DNA of 64,000 nucleotides from Candidatus Aenigmatarchaeota archaeon (GTDB lineage: Archaea; Aenigmatarchaeota; Aenigmatarchaeia; PWEA01; JACQIF01), in NCBI GenBank assembly GCA_016432325.1, contig CP066684.1, positions 672,001 through 736,000 of the forward strand. Reading direction: 5' to 3'. Position numbers and translations under genes: made by a program. Shown here piece by piece: positions 56,431 through 64,000 of the stretch; the stretch's first letter is position 1, and each line of letters opens with the position of its first letter. Under the pieces are notes generated by a model. The model made no database searches and was not told the DNA's origin. It saw only the letters and a program-made list of their open reading frames with translations.

Positions 56431-57843
56431 ATGCGCCTCAACGTTACCGTGTCTTATCAGGAACATTTAAAGAAGCTAAGGGAGCATCTGAGCAAAGAGA
56501 ATATCCCCTTCGCCGACCAATTAGACGCCGTCTATGCCGAGATGGCAGAAATCGATAAAAAACTGCAGATGTCTTACCCGCGGCCCGACGCCCTCATCCT
56601 TTGCGGAGGCAACGGAACCAGATTTGCGGAAGGCAAGAAACCAAAGGTCCTCGCCGAGGTCAATGGAAGAATCCCATTGGAGTATACAATCGACACGCTC
56701 GCAAAACTCAACTTCGACAAAGCCTTCATATCCGTTGGAGGCCCTCACGGAGACTCCATTAATGCCCACCTGAAAGAGATGGAGGCAAAACCAATCGGGC
56801 TGCTTGGACTAACGTCGAGGCCAACAATCATCGAATCCGTAGATTACGGCAGACTCATGTCACACCTACACCACATATCGAAGGCCAACGGGAAGCTGAT
56901 TGAAAACGGGTGCGAGCCGCTCAATCCAAACCTATTTGACAACGAACTAGACACGATTGTCGGGGTTGCGGCAGTTGCGTACACCGCCGCGACTCAACCG
57001 CCCCTTACAGTCGTGCTCGGCGATTCTATCTACCAAGAAGATGCCATATCATGGGCGTCAGGGTACTATACAATCGAGGCAAACATGGGCTTGACGGAGA
57101 TGATGCCTGGCACACGGGGAATATCGCCACGATTTCCATACATAAAGCCGCTCGTCCATGTTATGGAGAATTCAACAGAGGCGTATAAGGCGCCAGTCCC
57201 CAAGATTCATAAATTATTCTCCGTTCGCAAAGGCCCCCTTTCCTTTGATATCGGGCGTGCCGTTGGGTTCACCGAACACAGGACAAAACGAGTTGCCATA
57301 TCGGTTGTAAGCCCATTGCCCTTCGACTACAGGATTATCTTCAGAGATAACGACGATCCAGCTGGACGCTCTCTCCCCCTCACCGAGGACGGGTCCCGAA
57401 TAGACATGGAGAAGATCGCGTTACCGGGGATTTCTTACGGAGGATTCCTTTCGCACCTGAAAGAGGTCCAGTCCATATTCCCGCCGCTGGAAACAGGAAG
57501 TCGCCAGAAGCCTGCGCGCCTGCCACCATCGGACGCTACGCTCGAGCTTGCCGAGGCTACCTCGTCGCTGCTTGTGATGAGAACAAACTTCAAGTACTTC
57601 GACATCGACGACGAGGAGACGCTTGCCGCGGCCAACGACGTTGACATAAAGGAATTTATCGCCAACGATCCACTAAGCATCCTGGAGAAGTCGACGCCCG
57701 GATACAGAAAACAGTTTCTGGAAAAGCTTAACGAGGCCAGACACCGCCACCAACATACGTTCCGTGCTACAACTGGGGGACTCGGGAACTTTAAAGACCT
57801 CTATCAGTATGCGCTACGTGCATTTCGTAGACACACCGGATAG
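56431..57843 (+). CDS. Divergent NTP-transferase (nucleotide-diphospho-sugar transferase fold)
   Basis: ALILCGGNGTRF..KPKVLAEVNG.PLEY, VVLGD, FDIDDEETL; long insertions. Confidence 0.75.
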   Translation: MRLNVTVSYQEHLKKLREHLSKENIPFADQLDAVYAEMAEIDKKLQMSYPRPDALILCGGNGTRFAEGKKPKVLAEVNGRIPLEYTIDTLAKLNFDKAFISVGGPHGDSINAHLKEMEAKPIGLLGLTSRPTIIESVDYGRLMSHLHHISKANGKLIENGCEPLNPNLFDNELDTIVGVAAVAYTAATQPPLTVVLGDSIYQEDAISWASGYYTIEANMGLTEMMPGTRGISPRFPYIKPLVHVMENSTEAYKAPVPKIHKLFSVRKGPLSFDIGRAVGFTEHRTKRVAISVVSPLPFDYRIIFRDNDDPAGRSLPLTEDGSRIDMEKIALPGISYGGFLSHLKEVQSIFPPLETGSRQKPARLPPSDATLELAEATSSLLVMRTNFKYFDIDDEETLAAANDVDIKEFIANDPLSILEKSTPGYRKQFLEKLNEARHRHQHTFRATTGGLGNFKDLYQYALRAFRRHTG

Positions 57844-58026
57844 AATAAGTCGCAAGCAAAACGGCCCGTCTAACCCTTAAATACCTTCTCCTTCCAATAC
57901 TCGTCATGCGCGCAACACACGTACGAGAAAGTTCTGCATCCAGCCGCGCGAATAATACAGCCGTCTAGGGCCCATTTCTTCCCCAGACCACAGGCTTTAC
58001 GTCAGTGTCAACTCTATTAACCCAAT

Positions 58027-58135
58027 GCTCCGGTAGTTCAATTGGCAGAATGCTACGCTGTTAAACACTCCGCTCAAAGGGGCGGGTGCAAGCGGAGACG
58101 TAGAGACGGAGGTTCGAGTCCTCCCTGGAGCGCCA
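58027..58135 (+). tRNA. tRNA-Asn(GTT) with canonical 37/38 intron (58064-58097)
   Basis: GCTCCGG/CTGGAGC acceptor, CTACG/CGTAG anticodon stem, GGAGG-TTCGAGT-CCTCC, CCA; BHB helix CTGT/GCGG. Confidence 0.9.
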
Positions 58136-58146
58136 TTGTGATAACC

Positions 58147-58404
58147 ATGGACATCGAAGAAGCGAAGAAGACCGCGAGGATAGCGAGGCTCGCGCTGAGC
58201 GAAGCCGAGCTCAGGAAGCTCGCCAAAGACGCGGATGAGATACTTGAGTGGGCCGAGCAGCTTGAGAGCGTGAAGAGCGAAACGGAAAAACGCGAGAGCG
58301 GCGCATTACGAGACGATCTGCCACAACACTTCGAGCCGCAAACGATAACTAAAAACTTCCCGCAGAAGAGCGGGTCGCATCTGAAGGTGCCGCGCTCGTT
58401 ATGA
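58147..58404 (+). CDS. gatC: Asp/Glu-tRNA amidotransferase subunit C
   Basis: ARIARLAL..ILEW.EQL..LRDD..KVPR; precedes gatA. Confidence 0.85.
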   Translation: MDIEEAKKTARIARLALSEAELRKLAKDADEILEWAEQLESVKSETEKRESGALRDDLPQHFEPQTITKNFPQKSGSHLKVPRSL

Positions 58405-59699
58405 TGGGCTCCAAGGAGATTCTCGGCCTGAGCACATCCGACGCGACAGAACGTTTTCACAAGCAGCTCACGCTCATAGAGAAGCAGAACAAGACATACA
58501 ACGCGTTCGTTACGGTCACAGACAAATATGCGAACGCCGGATATCCGTCGCTCGCAGTCAAGGACAACATACTCGTGGAAGGCATACGCTGCACATCCTC
58601 GTCGCGCGTTCTCGAAAACTACGTCGCGCCCTATTCGGCGGACGCGCTTCATAACGTCACGACGCACCTGCGCGTCATCGGCAAAACGGTGCACGATCCG
58701 TTCGGGGCTGGAGGTTCCGGCACGACATCCGATTTCGGCGCCACGAAAAACCCGTTTGACACGACGCGCGTTCCTGGTGGCTCTTCTGGAGGAAACGGAG
58801 TCGCGCTCGCTCTAGAGCAGTGCGACTTCGCGATAGGCAGCGACACTTTCGGCTCGGTACGTGCGCCTGCGGCGTTTTGCGGCGTCGTCGGCCTGCGTCC
58901 GACGTACGGACTCGTTTCGCGCCACGGCTTGATGGACCTCGCGATGTCTCTTGATACTATAGCGCCGATGGCCCGCGACGTTTACGGAGTCGCGTATCTT
59001 CTGGAAAGAATGGCGAACAAGCGATACGAACTGGATAAATTCTCGGCGAGGGGACTGAAGATTGTCGTACCGACAGAACTGCTGGATGGTTCGGCGAAGG
59101 AAGTCAGAGACGCGGTTGAAAAGGCCATAGCGACGCTCACGGACGCGGGAGCGAAACGCGTTGACGTTCGCGCGCCTAACCTGCGCTACGCTGTTCCGTC
59201 TTACTACATCACGATGTTTGCTGAGTTCTCGTCGGCGATGCAGCGGTTTGACGGCCTGAAATACGGGCCGCGCGCGGACGGCGAGACGCCGGAAGAAGCG
59301 GTTTCAAAGACACGCGGTTCGTACTTGAGCGAGGAGCTTAAACGGCGCATCTTCCTTGGCACGTATGCGACGCGCAAGGAGCACGCGAACAAGTGGTACG
59401 CCGCGGCTCTGCGAGGGCGCACGCTTGTCGCGAAAGAGATGCAGGGCCTGCTGAAGAAAGGCGACTTCATCGTGACGCCGACGATGCCTGTCCTGCCGTG
59501 GAAAATAGGAGAGCTCACGACGCCGCTTCAAAATTATCTGATGGACGTAATGACAGGCCCGCCTTCTCTGGCAGGTATGCCTGCGCTTAGCGTTCCGTGC
59601 GGCCGTACTGTCGGCCTGCAGATAATCGGGAACCGGTTCAAGGACGCGGAGGTATTGCAGCTCGGTCACGCATACGAGCGACTGAGGGATTCAAAATGA
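58401..59699 (+). CDS. gatA: Amidotransferase subunit A
   Basis: VKDNI, PGGSSGG, GSDTFGSVRAPAAFCG, RPTYGLVSRHG, RFDGLKYG. Confidence 0.92.
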   Translation: MMGSKEILGLSTSDATERFHKQLTLIEKQNKTYNAFVTVTDKYANAGYPSLAVKDNILVEGIRCTSSSRVLENYVAPYSADALHNVTTHLRVIGKTVHDPFGAGGSGTTSDFGATKNPFDTTRVPGGSSGGNGVALALEQCDFAIGSDTFGSVRAPAAFCGVVGLRPTYGLVSRHGLMDLAMSLDTIAPMARDVYGVAYLLERMANKRYELDKFSARGLKIVVPTELLDGSAKEVRDAVEKAIATLTDAGAKRVDVRAPNLRYAVPSYYITMFAEFSSAMQRFDGLKYGPRADGETPEEAVSKTRGSYLSEELKRRIFLGTYATRKEHANKWYAAALRGRTLVAKEMQGLLKKGDFIVTPTMPVLPWKIGELTTPLQNYLMDVMTGPPSLAGMPALSVPCGRTVGLQIIGNRFKDAEVLQLGHAYERLRDSK

Positions 59700-60997
59700 A
59701 GGTCGGCCTGGAGATTCACGTCTATCCGCGCACGAGTGCCAAGATGTTCTGTATGTGTTTCGTGCGCGCTGAAGACGCCAATACGTCCGTATGCCCGCGG
59801 TGCACGGGCCAGCCGGGAGCGAAACCGATGGCCCCGAACAGAACGGCAGTGGAGAAAGCCGTTGTTCTTGCCAAGGCGCTTGGTTGCAAGTTGGAAGTGC
59901 GCGCGACTGTTCTGCGCAAGCACTACTTCTATCCGGATCTGCCGTCGAACTACCAGAGAACGTCGACGCCCATCGGCCGCGAAGGTTCGTTCCTGGGCGT
60001 GCGCATACGTGAAGTGCACGTTGAGGAGGACGCCGCGCGTTACGAACCGCGGGACGGGACCGTGGACTACAACCGAGCGGGCGTACCCTTGATAGAAGTA
60101 GTTACAGAACCGGACATCAACAGCACAGACGCGGCAAAGAACTTCGTCGACGAGTTCTCGCGCCTGCTGCACTATCTCAAGATTGCGGATCCCTCGTCCG
60201 CGATAAAGGCCGATACGAACGTGTCTGTCGGCGACACGCGCGTGGAGGTCAAGAACATCAACACAACGCATGGAATCCTGGCCGCGATTGAACACGAGGC
60301 CAAAAGACAGACCGAGCTTCTCGAGCGCGGAGGCACGCTCGTGCAAGAGACGCGCCACTGGGATGAAACGAAAGGCCGCACACTCGCGTCGCGGGAAAAG
60401 GAAACGGAATCAGACTACAGATATATGGAAGACCCGGACCTGCAGCCGATTGACATTTCGTCCGTACGCGTCGCAACGCCGGAGGACACGTTCGCCGCGC
60501 GCAAACGTTTGGAACGTGCGGGCGTGGCGCGCGACGCGGCTGTCGCCGTAACAGAGGAACAGGAGTTCGTGGCGCTGTTCGACTCGTTGTCCAAGAGGTT
60601 CGAGCCACAGCGCGTCGCCGAGTGGATAAGACGCGACCTGCGCGGCGAGCTCAACCACCGCACGCTGACGCTGGAACAGAGCGGCGTGAAAACGAAAGAC
60701 GTCGAAAGGCTCATGGACGACGCGTTGTCCGAGAAGATTACGCGGCACAAGGCGAAACAGCTGTTGCGTGAGCTTCTGGACAAGAAGGAGAGCAAGCACA
60801 CAACGAAAGCATCGAAGGAGGACGTCGAGAAGGCCGTCGAGGCGACACTGCTGGCACACCAAGATGTCGTACAGAGGTACCGCGAAGGCAAGAAAGAGGC
60901 CTTCAACTTCCTGCTCGGCGAAACCAATCGCGCGCTCGGCTTCGCCGCGGACCCGAAGGAGATCGCGAAGGTTCTGAAAGAGAAGCTTAATATGTGA
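59696..60997 (+). CDS. gatB: Amidotransferase subunit B
   Basis: VGLEIH, RKHYFYPDLPSNYQ, HVEEDA, DYNRAGVPLIEVVTEPD, DYRY..DPDL. Confidence 0.93.
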   Translation: MKVGLEIHVYPRTSAKMFCMCFVRAEDANTSVCPRCTGQPGAKPMAPNRTAVEKAVVLAKALGCKLEVRATVLRKHYFYPDLPSNYQRTSTPIGREGSFLGVRIREVHVEEDAARYEPRDGTVDYNRAGVPLIEVVTEPDINSTDAAKNFVDEFSRLLHYLKIADPSSAIKADTNVSVGDTRVEVKNINTTHGILAAIEHEAKRQTELLERGGTLVQETRHWDETKGRTLASREKETESDYRYMEDPDLQPIDISSVRVATPEDTFAARKRLERAGVARDAAVAVTEEQEFVALFDSLSKRFEPQRVAEWIRRDLRGELNHRTLTLEQSGVKTKDVERLMDDALSEKITRHKAKQLLRELLDKKESKHTTKASKEDVEKAVEATLLAHQDVVQRYREGKKEAFNFLLGETNRALGFAADPKEIAKVLKEKLNM

Positions 60998-61022
60998 GCG
61001 CGCTCCAGTAAGGCAGGGAACT

Positions 61023-61391
61023 ATTAAGATCTTCATCGTCGACATAGACGGCACCATCTGCGAGCACGTTTCGAACGAGGCCGGCGCACAAAAGATGCTC
61101 GACGCCGCGCCGTTTCCTGAATCTATCGCTTCGGTGAACAGGTGGTACGACGAAGGTCACATCATATGCTTCTTCACGGCACGTACGGACGAGCACGCAT
61201 CCGCGACAGAGGCGTGGCTCAAGAAACACGGAGTGAAGTACCACAAGGTAATCTATAACAAGCCGCGCAAGATTGCTCCGTACACCGAGTACCACTTCAT
61301 AGACGACACGCCTGTGCGCGCGACGCGCTTCACGGGTAAGATGGGAGCGTTCGTCAGAAAAGCGAAGGAGATAGAAGTCTTCGAGGAGTAG
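61023..61391 (+). CDS. Small HAD-superfamily phosphatase, probable ATT start
   Basis: KIFIVDIDGT motif I in frame upstream of the track ATG; FTAR, KP, FIDD. Confidence 0.85.
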   Translation: MKIFIVDIDGTICEHVSNEAGAQKMLDAAPFPESIASVNRWYDEGHIICFFTARTDEHASATEAWLKKHGVKYHKVIYNKPRKIAPYTEYHFIDDTPVRATRFTGKMGAFVRKAKEIEVFEE

Positions 61392-61392
61392 G

Positions 61393-62337
61393 CTAGCTTC
61401 TCACTACCTTCTGCGCGGATACGAGCGCTTCGTAGTTCTCCAGAGCCAGCGCGTCGCGGAATATCTTGTCTGTCGCGGCCGCTGCCTTGTCCAGATCGCG
61501 TCCGAAATGCGCGAATACGCCGTCGCCAACGACGAAACGGCCCTTCTTCAGGGTTTTTGCGTTCGAGAAGCCCAGCTCTTCCAGAACCCGTTGCGTGTTT
61601 TGCACATCGCCTGCCTTGCACATGAGCACGAATCCGTCCTTCTCAAGAACGTGATGGACCGCGTGTCCCGTGAACTTGTCAGTGAAGACGAGCGCGTCCT
61701 CTCCATGTCTGCCGTGTTTCATCATCTCCCCAAGATCGTGCCTTATGGCGTTAATGGTGTCGGTTTTCGGAGGTTGCGGTTGCCGGACAGGCTCTGCCTC
61801 TTTCATTGTCAAACCGGTCTCAACAGGCGGTGTTTTGGTCTCAGGGGCTGGTATCGCAGCCTTCCTTATGGTACTCGACCTCTCAATCTTCGGCTCGGGC
61901 TTGCGCTTTATCTCCACTTGCATCGTAGGAGCGTTTCGGACGCGTATGCCCGTATCGTTCAGTATGATGTTCTTGGCGTCGGCCTTCTTCTCCGCGGCCA
62001 CCTCAAGAAGGTTCGTCAGCTTCTCCTCGTCCCATATCTCCATGCTAAACCTCTTGGCCAGGCCGGTTTCCTTCTCTGTAAGATCGCAGTCCACGAGGAC
62101 GAGGACTATGCTGTCTATGCCAAGAACGCGCTGGATACTGTCCATGATATGGATAAAATTGCGGATGTTCTGCGAATTCTTCTCCCTGTAGACGCACTGT
62201 ATCACTATCTTCTTCTTCTGGTGCTCGAGATAGAAATCGGTTTCGTAGCCGTGCAAGTCCCTGTTCCTTTCGTACGGAATCCCGCAGAGGCTGAGAAGAT
62301 GCTCGACGTTCCTTTCAAGCAAAGTGGACTGCGGCAT
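61393..62337 (-). CDS. Mrr/restriction-endonuclease-like domain protein
   Basis: LERNVEHLL..ETDFY..IVIQC..IWDEEKL; Pro-rich linker; second domain unknown. Confidence 0.65.
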   Translation of the reverse strand: MPQSTLLERNVEHLLSLCGIPYERNRDLHGYETDFYLEHQKKKIVIQCVYREKNSQNIRNFIHIMDSIQRVLGIDSIVLVLVDCDLTEKETGLAKRFSMEIWDEEKLTNLLEVAAEKKADAKNIILNDTGIRVRNAPTMQVEIKRKPEPKIERSSTIRKAAIPAPETKTPPVETGLTMKEAEPVRQPQPPKTDTINAIRHDLGEMMKHGRHGEDALVFTDKFTGHAVHHVLEKDGFVLMCKAGDVQNTQRVLEELGFSNAKTLKKGRFVVGDGVFAHFGRDLDKAAAATDKIFRDALALENYEALVSAQKVVRS

Positions 62338-62450
62338 ACAACCCCCGCGTCAAGCTGCGCGGCCGTGTATAAATATGCCTGCCGGGCGCGCGGACGGACC
62401 GCAAAAAGATTTATATAGCGGTCCGCGCATTCTGTAGACGTGACGCCGAC

Positions 62451-64000
62451 GTGAAAAACCATAGGACGTTCTTGCTGACACTGTTCGCAGCGGCAATATT
62501 AATGGGCCCATCGGCTCTCGCGCAGACTCCCGATTATCTGAACATAGACGCCGGAACGACTCCGGACGACCCGTTCTACTTCTTTGACACGACGTGGGAT
62601 GGCGTCCAGATGTTCATCGCAATCAGCCCAGAAGACAAGGCGGCGCTCGCCGCGGAAATCAGCGCGGAGCGCTTCGCCGAGATGCACCAGATGATGGAAG
62701 AGAACAACTGGGTGGCGGCCCAATCAGCGGCGCAAGGCGCCGAGTCGTGGACGGGCCAGTTCGCCACTGCGCTTGAGAGCCTGCCGCCTATTGTTGATCC
62801 TGTTGCTCTTGCAGAGATAGGAGAACTTTCTCATTATGTTAACGACTATTCAGATGCCGTACATGAGCAGTATGAAGAGCTTCTGGCGTCCGGCGAGCTT
62901 GATGAGGCGACGGCAGACACGCTGCCTGTAGACGCCCTTGTCGAAAGCACTGTTGACGCCCAGGCCGGTTATGTCGAAGCCAAGGACGAGGTCATAGCGG
63001 CCGCGGCCGAGGAACAGGGAATCACGCAAATAGAGGCCGGGATACAGTACTCCAATGCCGAGGAGGATGTGGGCCTGACAGACGTGCAGAAGGATGCGGT
63101 CGCTACGGAACTCGTGGACGCGCGAGATGCGGCGACTGAACTTGAGGAGGCGTACTTGGCTCTGCCTGACGGCGAGGAGAAGCTCGTCCTAGGCAACATG
63201 GTGGAGGACGCGAAGCTCAACCTGCAACAGAGCGAGTACCTGTTCAAGGCGGGCGATTATGACGCAGCTTCCGGCAATCTCATCGAGGGACAGCACTGGA
63301 TATTCAACGCGCAGGACTACGCTGGCGGCGAGCTGACCGAGGACCAAAAGGCCGCCTTTGAAGAGCAGTTCACGAACGTGGAAGCCATAAGGGACGAGGT
63401 AACGGACGGGAGCGCGACTTTCGTGGAAGAGTGGGAAGCCAACAAGGACGCCCTGACAGCCGCATATCCTGAAGAGGCGGCGATTCTTGAGCAGCGCTTC
63501 GAGCAGGAGCAGAACGTTGTTGCTATAGCGACCGCCCTTGAAGAATCATATTCAACAGAGCTCAACGACCTGATTACGGCAGGCGAGGACCCGTCAGAGG
63601 CCGCTCGGATATTGGCGGCGCAGCAGGCCGACGAATACAGGAAGGCATACGGCGAGGAGTTCGTTCCTCCGGGATTCATCGTAACGGGTGAGATTGAACT
63701 GCCTGAAGGAGCCGATGCAACTGCGGTAGAGAATTTCGCCGATCCTGAAATCGCGGCTGGCGCAGGCGGCGGCTTCGTGATAGGAACGCAGTACGTTGAT
63801 CCAGTCACGGATTACAAGTATGAGTTCGTCGAAACGGGCTGGAGATTCACGACTCCGTCCGGCCAGGCATACGAGCATCCATATCCTGAAGGATACGAAC
63901 CGGCGTCCGCCTTCGAGAACGGCAACGAAGAGTACAGTTATACTGTCGACACTCCAGAAGGGCTCGCTCAATATACGTATACTCCTACCGGATACGAAGT
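62451..64000 (+). CDS. Large acidic secreted protein with DUF5667-like N-terminus, truncated at window edge (not in ORF track)
   Basis: GTG start, signal peptide, AGTTPDDPFYFFD; frame appears open to the window end. Confidence 0.75.
   Translation, partial: MKNHRTFLLTLFAAAILMGPSALAQTPDYLNIDAGTTPDDPFYFFDTTWDGVQMFIAISPEDKAALAAEISAERFAEMHQMMEENNWVAAQSAAQGAESWTGQFATALESLPPIVDPVALAEIGELSHYVNDYSDAVHEQYEELLASGELDEATADTLPVDALVESTVDAQAGYVEAKDEVIAAAAEEQGITQIEAGIQYSNAEEDVGLTDVQKDAVATELVDARDAATELEEAYLALPDGEEKLVLGNMVEDAKLNLQQSEYLFKAGDYDAASGNLIEGQHWIFNAQDYAGGELTEDQKAAFEEQFTNVEAIRDEVTDGSATFVEEWEANKDALTAAYPEEAAILEQRFEQEQNVVAIATALEESYSTELNDLITAGEDPSEAARILAAQQADEYRKAYGEEFVPPGFIVTGEIELPEGADATAVENFADPEIAAGAGGGFVIGTQYVDPVTDYKYEFVETGWRFTTPSGQAYEHPYPEGYEPASAFENGNEEYSYTVDTPEGLAQYTYTPTGYE

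Noticed and set aside
57844-58026. 5S rRNA or other ncRNA before tRNA-Asn
   Set aside because: No recognisable conserved motif or closing stem; only a TATA-like box and a 20-codon ORF

Overview
A 64-kb stretch of a GC-rich archaeal chromosome. Its gene content looks DPANN-like (Aenigmarchaeota-like is a guess). It contains the probable replication origin (ORB repeats next to cdc6/orc1) and housekeeping genes: dnaG, PINA ATPase, hjc, thermosome, EF-1alpha, ndk, ileS, thrS, asnS and gatCAB. There is also a type IV pilus-like cluster and several large secreted surface proteins. Five things stand out. (1) Next to the origin, cdc6 is followed by a catalytically eroded PolD small subunit (DP1) and then an intact family-B polymerase ending in a PolD-DP2-type zinc finger. 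This is the architecture of eukaryotic Pol alpha/delta/epsilon plus B-subunit. (2) Five tRNA genes missing from the ORF track carry 11 bulge-helix-bulge (BHB) introns, 8 of them at non-canonical sites. Three tRNAs have three introns each, including a rare tRNA-Ile(UAU). (3) A dispersed family of covarying hairpin elements sits inside tRNA introns, beside duplicated tRNA ends and within pilin signal-peptide regions. (4) An identical 15-bp palindrome occurs at an HTH gene promoter, upstream of dnaG and inside the origin. (5) A small island holds four unannotated peptides, a nucleotidyltransferase, a CARF-like/wHTH regulator and an NTP-transferase. All calls come from reading motifs by eye; no database searches were run.
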